Below, piece after piece: positions 53,169 to 55,627 of a stretch of DNA of 55,627 bases; position 1 is the first letter of the stretch; each line of letters begins with the position of its first letter. The stretch is from the NCBI GenBank assembly GCA_043718945.1, contig JAYSUV010000042.1:1-55627 (forward strand), given 5' to 3'. The DNA is from Planctomycetota bacterium (GTDB taxonomy: Bacteria; Planctomycetota; Planctomycetia; Planctomycetales; Planctomycetaceae). A program made the position numbers and the translations under genes. A model generated the notes under the pieces. The model was not told the origin of the DNA and made no database searches. It saw only the letters and a list, made by a program, of their open reading frames with translations.

Positions 53169-55346
53169 ATGCACACACCCGACCATGCCACGTTCGAGAT
53201 TGCCGGAGCCAAGCCGCGGCTGCGGGATGGGTTGGTGTTCACCTTGCGCGAGACCGGCGGGGAGCCGGGGGCGATCATTGAGGACGAGCTGCGCGGCCGG
53301 TTCTATCGCGTGGGGATGGCAGAGTATACGTTCCTCTCGCTCCTTGATGGCCGGACGACGATCGGCGAGGCACTGGGGGCGACTGCACTCCGGCTCAAGG
53401 ACCGAGCCCTGACCGAAGACGAGGCCGCATCATTATGCCGCTGGTTGATCGACAGCGGCTTGGCTCTCATCGGCCATGAGTCAGTGACCGCAATGGAACA
53501 AGAGCGTGCCAAGCGGTCCCAGTTGGCCCTCACACGTTGGATGAATCCGCTGATGCTGCGGATGCCGTTGTTTAGTCCCGAGCGAATGTTGCGGGCGATG
53601 TTGCCGCTGTTTGATTGGCTGATTAGCGGAACAGGAGCAATGCTGTGGTGTCTGCTGTGCGGATATGCCCTAGTCCGCTTTATTCCAGATGCGGGCGACC
53701 TGTGGCAGGGAGTGCGACCGCTACTGGATGCCGATAATGGCTGGAAGCTCGCGGCGACGTGGCTTCTGATGAAACTCGTGCATGAGAGTGCCCACGGGTT
53801 GACGTGCCAGAAGTTCGGGGGAGTCGTGCGCGAGTGCGGCGTCAACTGGCTGCTGTTTGTGCCGCTCCCCTATGTGGATGTCACCAGTTGCTGGCGGCTG
53901 GCGTCGACCTCGCAGCGGTTGCTGGTCTCCGCTGCGGGGATACTGGCCGAGATGGCACTGGCAGCTGTGGCGGCGATTGTCTGGACGCTGACTGACAATC
54001 CGATTGTGCGGCAGCATGCGACCAACGTCATCATCTCGGCCACCATAACGACGCTCCTATTCAATGCGAACCCTCTGATGAGGAGCGACGGGTACTATCT
54101 GTTAAGCGACCTGCTCGACTGTCCGAACCTATCGATGCAGGGGCAGACGTTCGTCCAGAACCTGTGGCGGATGGTGTTCTTGGGATTGAGGCCGCGACCG
54201 ATTGATGTCTCTCTGGGACGGCTCTTCGTCATTGCGGTCTATGGGGTACTTTCGTCGGTGTGGTCGGTACTGGTCGGATTGGGAATGATTATCGGGGCAG
54301 CGAATCTGTGGCCGGGCATCGGGTTATTGCTCGCTGTCGTACTCGTGACGTTGTGGTATCTCTGGCCAGCAGTGCGGGCGCTGAAGTTCTTTGTACTGGG
54401 CAGTGAAACGGAGCAGCCACGGCGCTTACGCTGCCTGGTGGTGACCGCGGCGTGCCTCGCCGCGTTGATTGTGTCTGCCAAGCGATTGCCCGCCCCGAGC
54501 GTCATCAGTGCTCCGGCAGTGGTGCAAACTCGTCCACTGTCGATCGTGCATAGTCTGGCCACCGGTCGTGTGGTCCGCGTCACCGTGGAGACGGGAGACC
54601 TGGTGTCGTCTGGCGATCTACTCTTGCAGCTGGAGAACCCCGATCTGGTTGTCGACCTGCAACAGCTACGATTCGATGTCACAACCTCCACGCAGCGCGA
54701 GATCCGCCAACTCAACCAGGGAGAAGTCGCCGCTGCGGAAGTCGAGCGTTCGAACCGCACAGCAATGACTCGGCGCGAGAAGGAGCTGGTGCGGATGATC
54801 GAGGGGCTGACGGTCAAAGCTCCGATGGCCGGGCGCGTCGTGACACGCGACCTAGGTCAACTGCTCGGGCGCGATCTACCGCAAGGGACCGAACTGCTGA
54901 CGATCGCATCAACAGCTCGACCCCAGCTGATCGCGTTAGTCCCGCAGTCGGAAGCCGAATCGCTTCGCGGTCGAGAAGGCCAAGCGGTTCGAGGTTGGTT
55001 GTGGGGGCATGAGAGGTGGCTCGGCGGTGAGATTGAACATGTCGAACCGCGTGCGACCCAAGTGGCCGCTCATCCCGCGCTGACCGCCGAAGCGGGTGGT
55101 CCACTCGCAGTCGTGGCCCGCGATCCTCGAGACGAGGCCGGAACGGAGCTGGCCTCCTCGCAGTGGTTGATGACCGAGCCGCAGCTGGAAGTGGTGATCA
55201 ATCTGGACGCGACGAGCGAGCGGTTGGCTCTCGGCGAGACGGGGATTGTGCGTCTGCCGATCCGCAGTGGATCGTTGTGGGGGTATGTCAGGCAGAAGAT
55301 CGAGAACTGGTGGTCAGTCCGCTGGACGACCACGCACGGGGTGTAA
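53169..55346 (+). CDS. Tripartite fusion: PqqD/RRE-like N-terminal domain, polytopic M50 (site-2 protease-type) zinc metalloprotease, and C-terminal HlyD-type adaptor
   Basis: HESAH (HExxH, 53781-53795) lies inside a TM segment. NPLMRSDG (54069-54092) matches the second M50 motif (NxxPxxxxDG). N-terminal IIEDELRGRFYRVGMAEYTFLSLLDGRTTIGEAL...EDEAASLCRWLIDSGLAL resembles PqqD-type peptide-binding winged helices. The C-terminus (GRVVRVTVETGDLVSSGDLLLQLENPDL, coiled coil, VKAPMAGRVV) is MFP-like. Confidence 0.75.
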   Translation: MHTPDHATFEIAGAKPRLRDGLVFTLRETGGEPGAIIEDELRGRFYRVGMAEYTFLSLLDGRTTIGEALGATALRLKDRALTEDEAASLCRWLIDSGLALIGHESVTAMEQERAKRSQLALTRWMNPLMLRMPLFSPERMLRAMLPLFDWLISGTGAMLWCLLCGYALVRFIPDAGDLWQGVRPLLDADNGWKLAATWLLMKLVHESAHGLTCQKFGGVVRECGVNWLLFVPLPYVDVTSCWRLASTSQRLLVSAAGILAEMALAAVAAIVWTLTDNPIVRQHATNVIISATITTLLFNANPLMRSDGYYLLSDLLDCPNLSMQGQTFVQNLWRMVFLGLRPRPIDVSLGRLFVIAVYGVLSSVWSVLVGLGMIIGAANLWPGIGLLLAVVLVTLWYLWPAVRALKFFVLGSETEQPRRLRCLVVTAACLAALIVSAKRLPAPSVISAPAVVQTRPLSIVHSLATGRVVRVTVETGDLVSSGDLLLQLENPDLVVDLQQLRFDVTTSTQREIRQLNQGEVAAAEVERSNRTAMTRREKELVRMIEGLTVKAPMAGRVVTRDLGQLLGRDLPQGTELLTIASTARPQLIALVPQSEAESLRGREGQAVRGWLWGHERWLGGEIEHVEPRATQVAAHPALTAEAGGPLAVVARDPRDEAGTELASSQWLMTEPQLEVVINLDATSERLALGETGIVRLPIRSGSLWGYVRQKIENWWSVRWTTTHGV

Positions 55347-55457
55347 TGAGGAGTGCATCGACCGACAGAACGATTCAAAGAGGAGTCCCGTTGCAAGAGA
55401 TTTCGCGTTGAACATCTCACTCGGTGAGTGTGTCAGAAAAGTCGGTAGCAGCCACTT

Positions 55458-55626
55458 TCTGCCCCCTCTCCCCCACAATCGTCGCTGCTTTCGGGGAGCT
55501 CCACTGTGGGGGAGAGGGCCGGGGTGAGGGGGCATGAGCGAGAGATATGGCCCCCTCACCCCACCCTCTCCCCACAGCCATGTCCTCCCCGAAAGTCACA
55601 TCGCCAGTGGGGAGAGGGGGCAGAGG
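55458..55626. repeat. Long nested imperfect palindrome (GC-rich REP-like element), possibly truncated by the window end
   Basis: Three nested arm pairs. TCTGCCCCCTCTCCCCCAC (55458-55476) pairs with GTGGGGAGAGGGGGCAGAGG (55607-55626). TTTCGGGGAG (55489-55498) pairs with CTCCCCGAAA (55585-55594). CTGTGGGGGAGAGGGCCGGGGTGAGGGGGC (55504-55533) pairs with GCCCCCTCACCCCACCCTCTCCCCACAG (55550-55577). Confidence 0.75.
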
Positions 55627-55627
55627 G

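Overview
GC-rich bacterial chromosomal window whose gene content looks planctomycetal. Indicators are co-oriented DUF1549/DUF1553 and DUF1501 genes, a Tat-signal Gfo/Idh/MocA oxidoreductase, a PQQ-like beta-propeller, an exosortase, and a 5,478-aa DUF4347/VCBS/Ig-repeat protein that starts with a basic stretch plus LEQLEDRLLFDA instead of a signal peptide. I can support 28 coding segments (one TolC-family gene is split by an in-frame TAA), several hairpin/palindromic repeat families and two short tandem-repeat arrays. I see no rRNA, tRNA, CRISPR array, transposase or integrase. Left third (134-19484): transport, envelope and metabolic genes, namely a GH38-like protein, NupC-type nucleoside transporter, PPP phosphatase overlapping CorA, membrane GTPase, DAG-kinase-like lipid kinase, intradiol dioxygenase, LTxxQ/Gly-rich periplasmic protein, PQQ-like propeller, GT-C glycosyltransferase and oxidoreductase. 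Two AT-richer islets (about 9.7-10.3 kb and 19.5-21.5 kb) are bracketed by repeats and look inserted. Middle: an exosortase-EpsI fusion operon with a TPR protein. Right half: the giant repeat protein (28996-45432, minus strand) and, divergent from it, the most interesting block. That block holds a TolC-family OMP, a C-terminally truncated SecA-like ATPase and three HlyD-type adaptors, one with a GAF-like cytoplasmic domain and one fused to a PqqD-like domain and an M50 site-2-type metalloprotease. It contains no ABC/RND/MFS pump, so it is a candidate non-canonical trans-envelope secretion/processing system. All family calls come from motif recognition by eye; none was verified by a database search.
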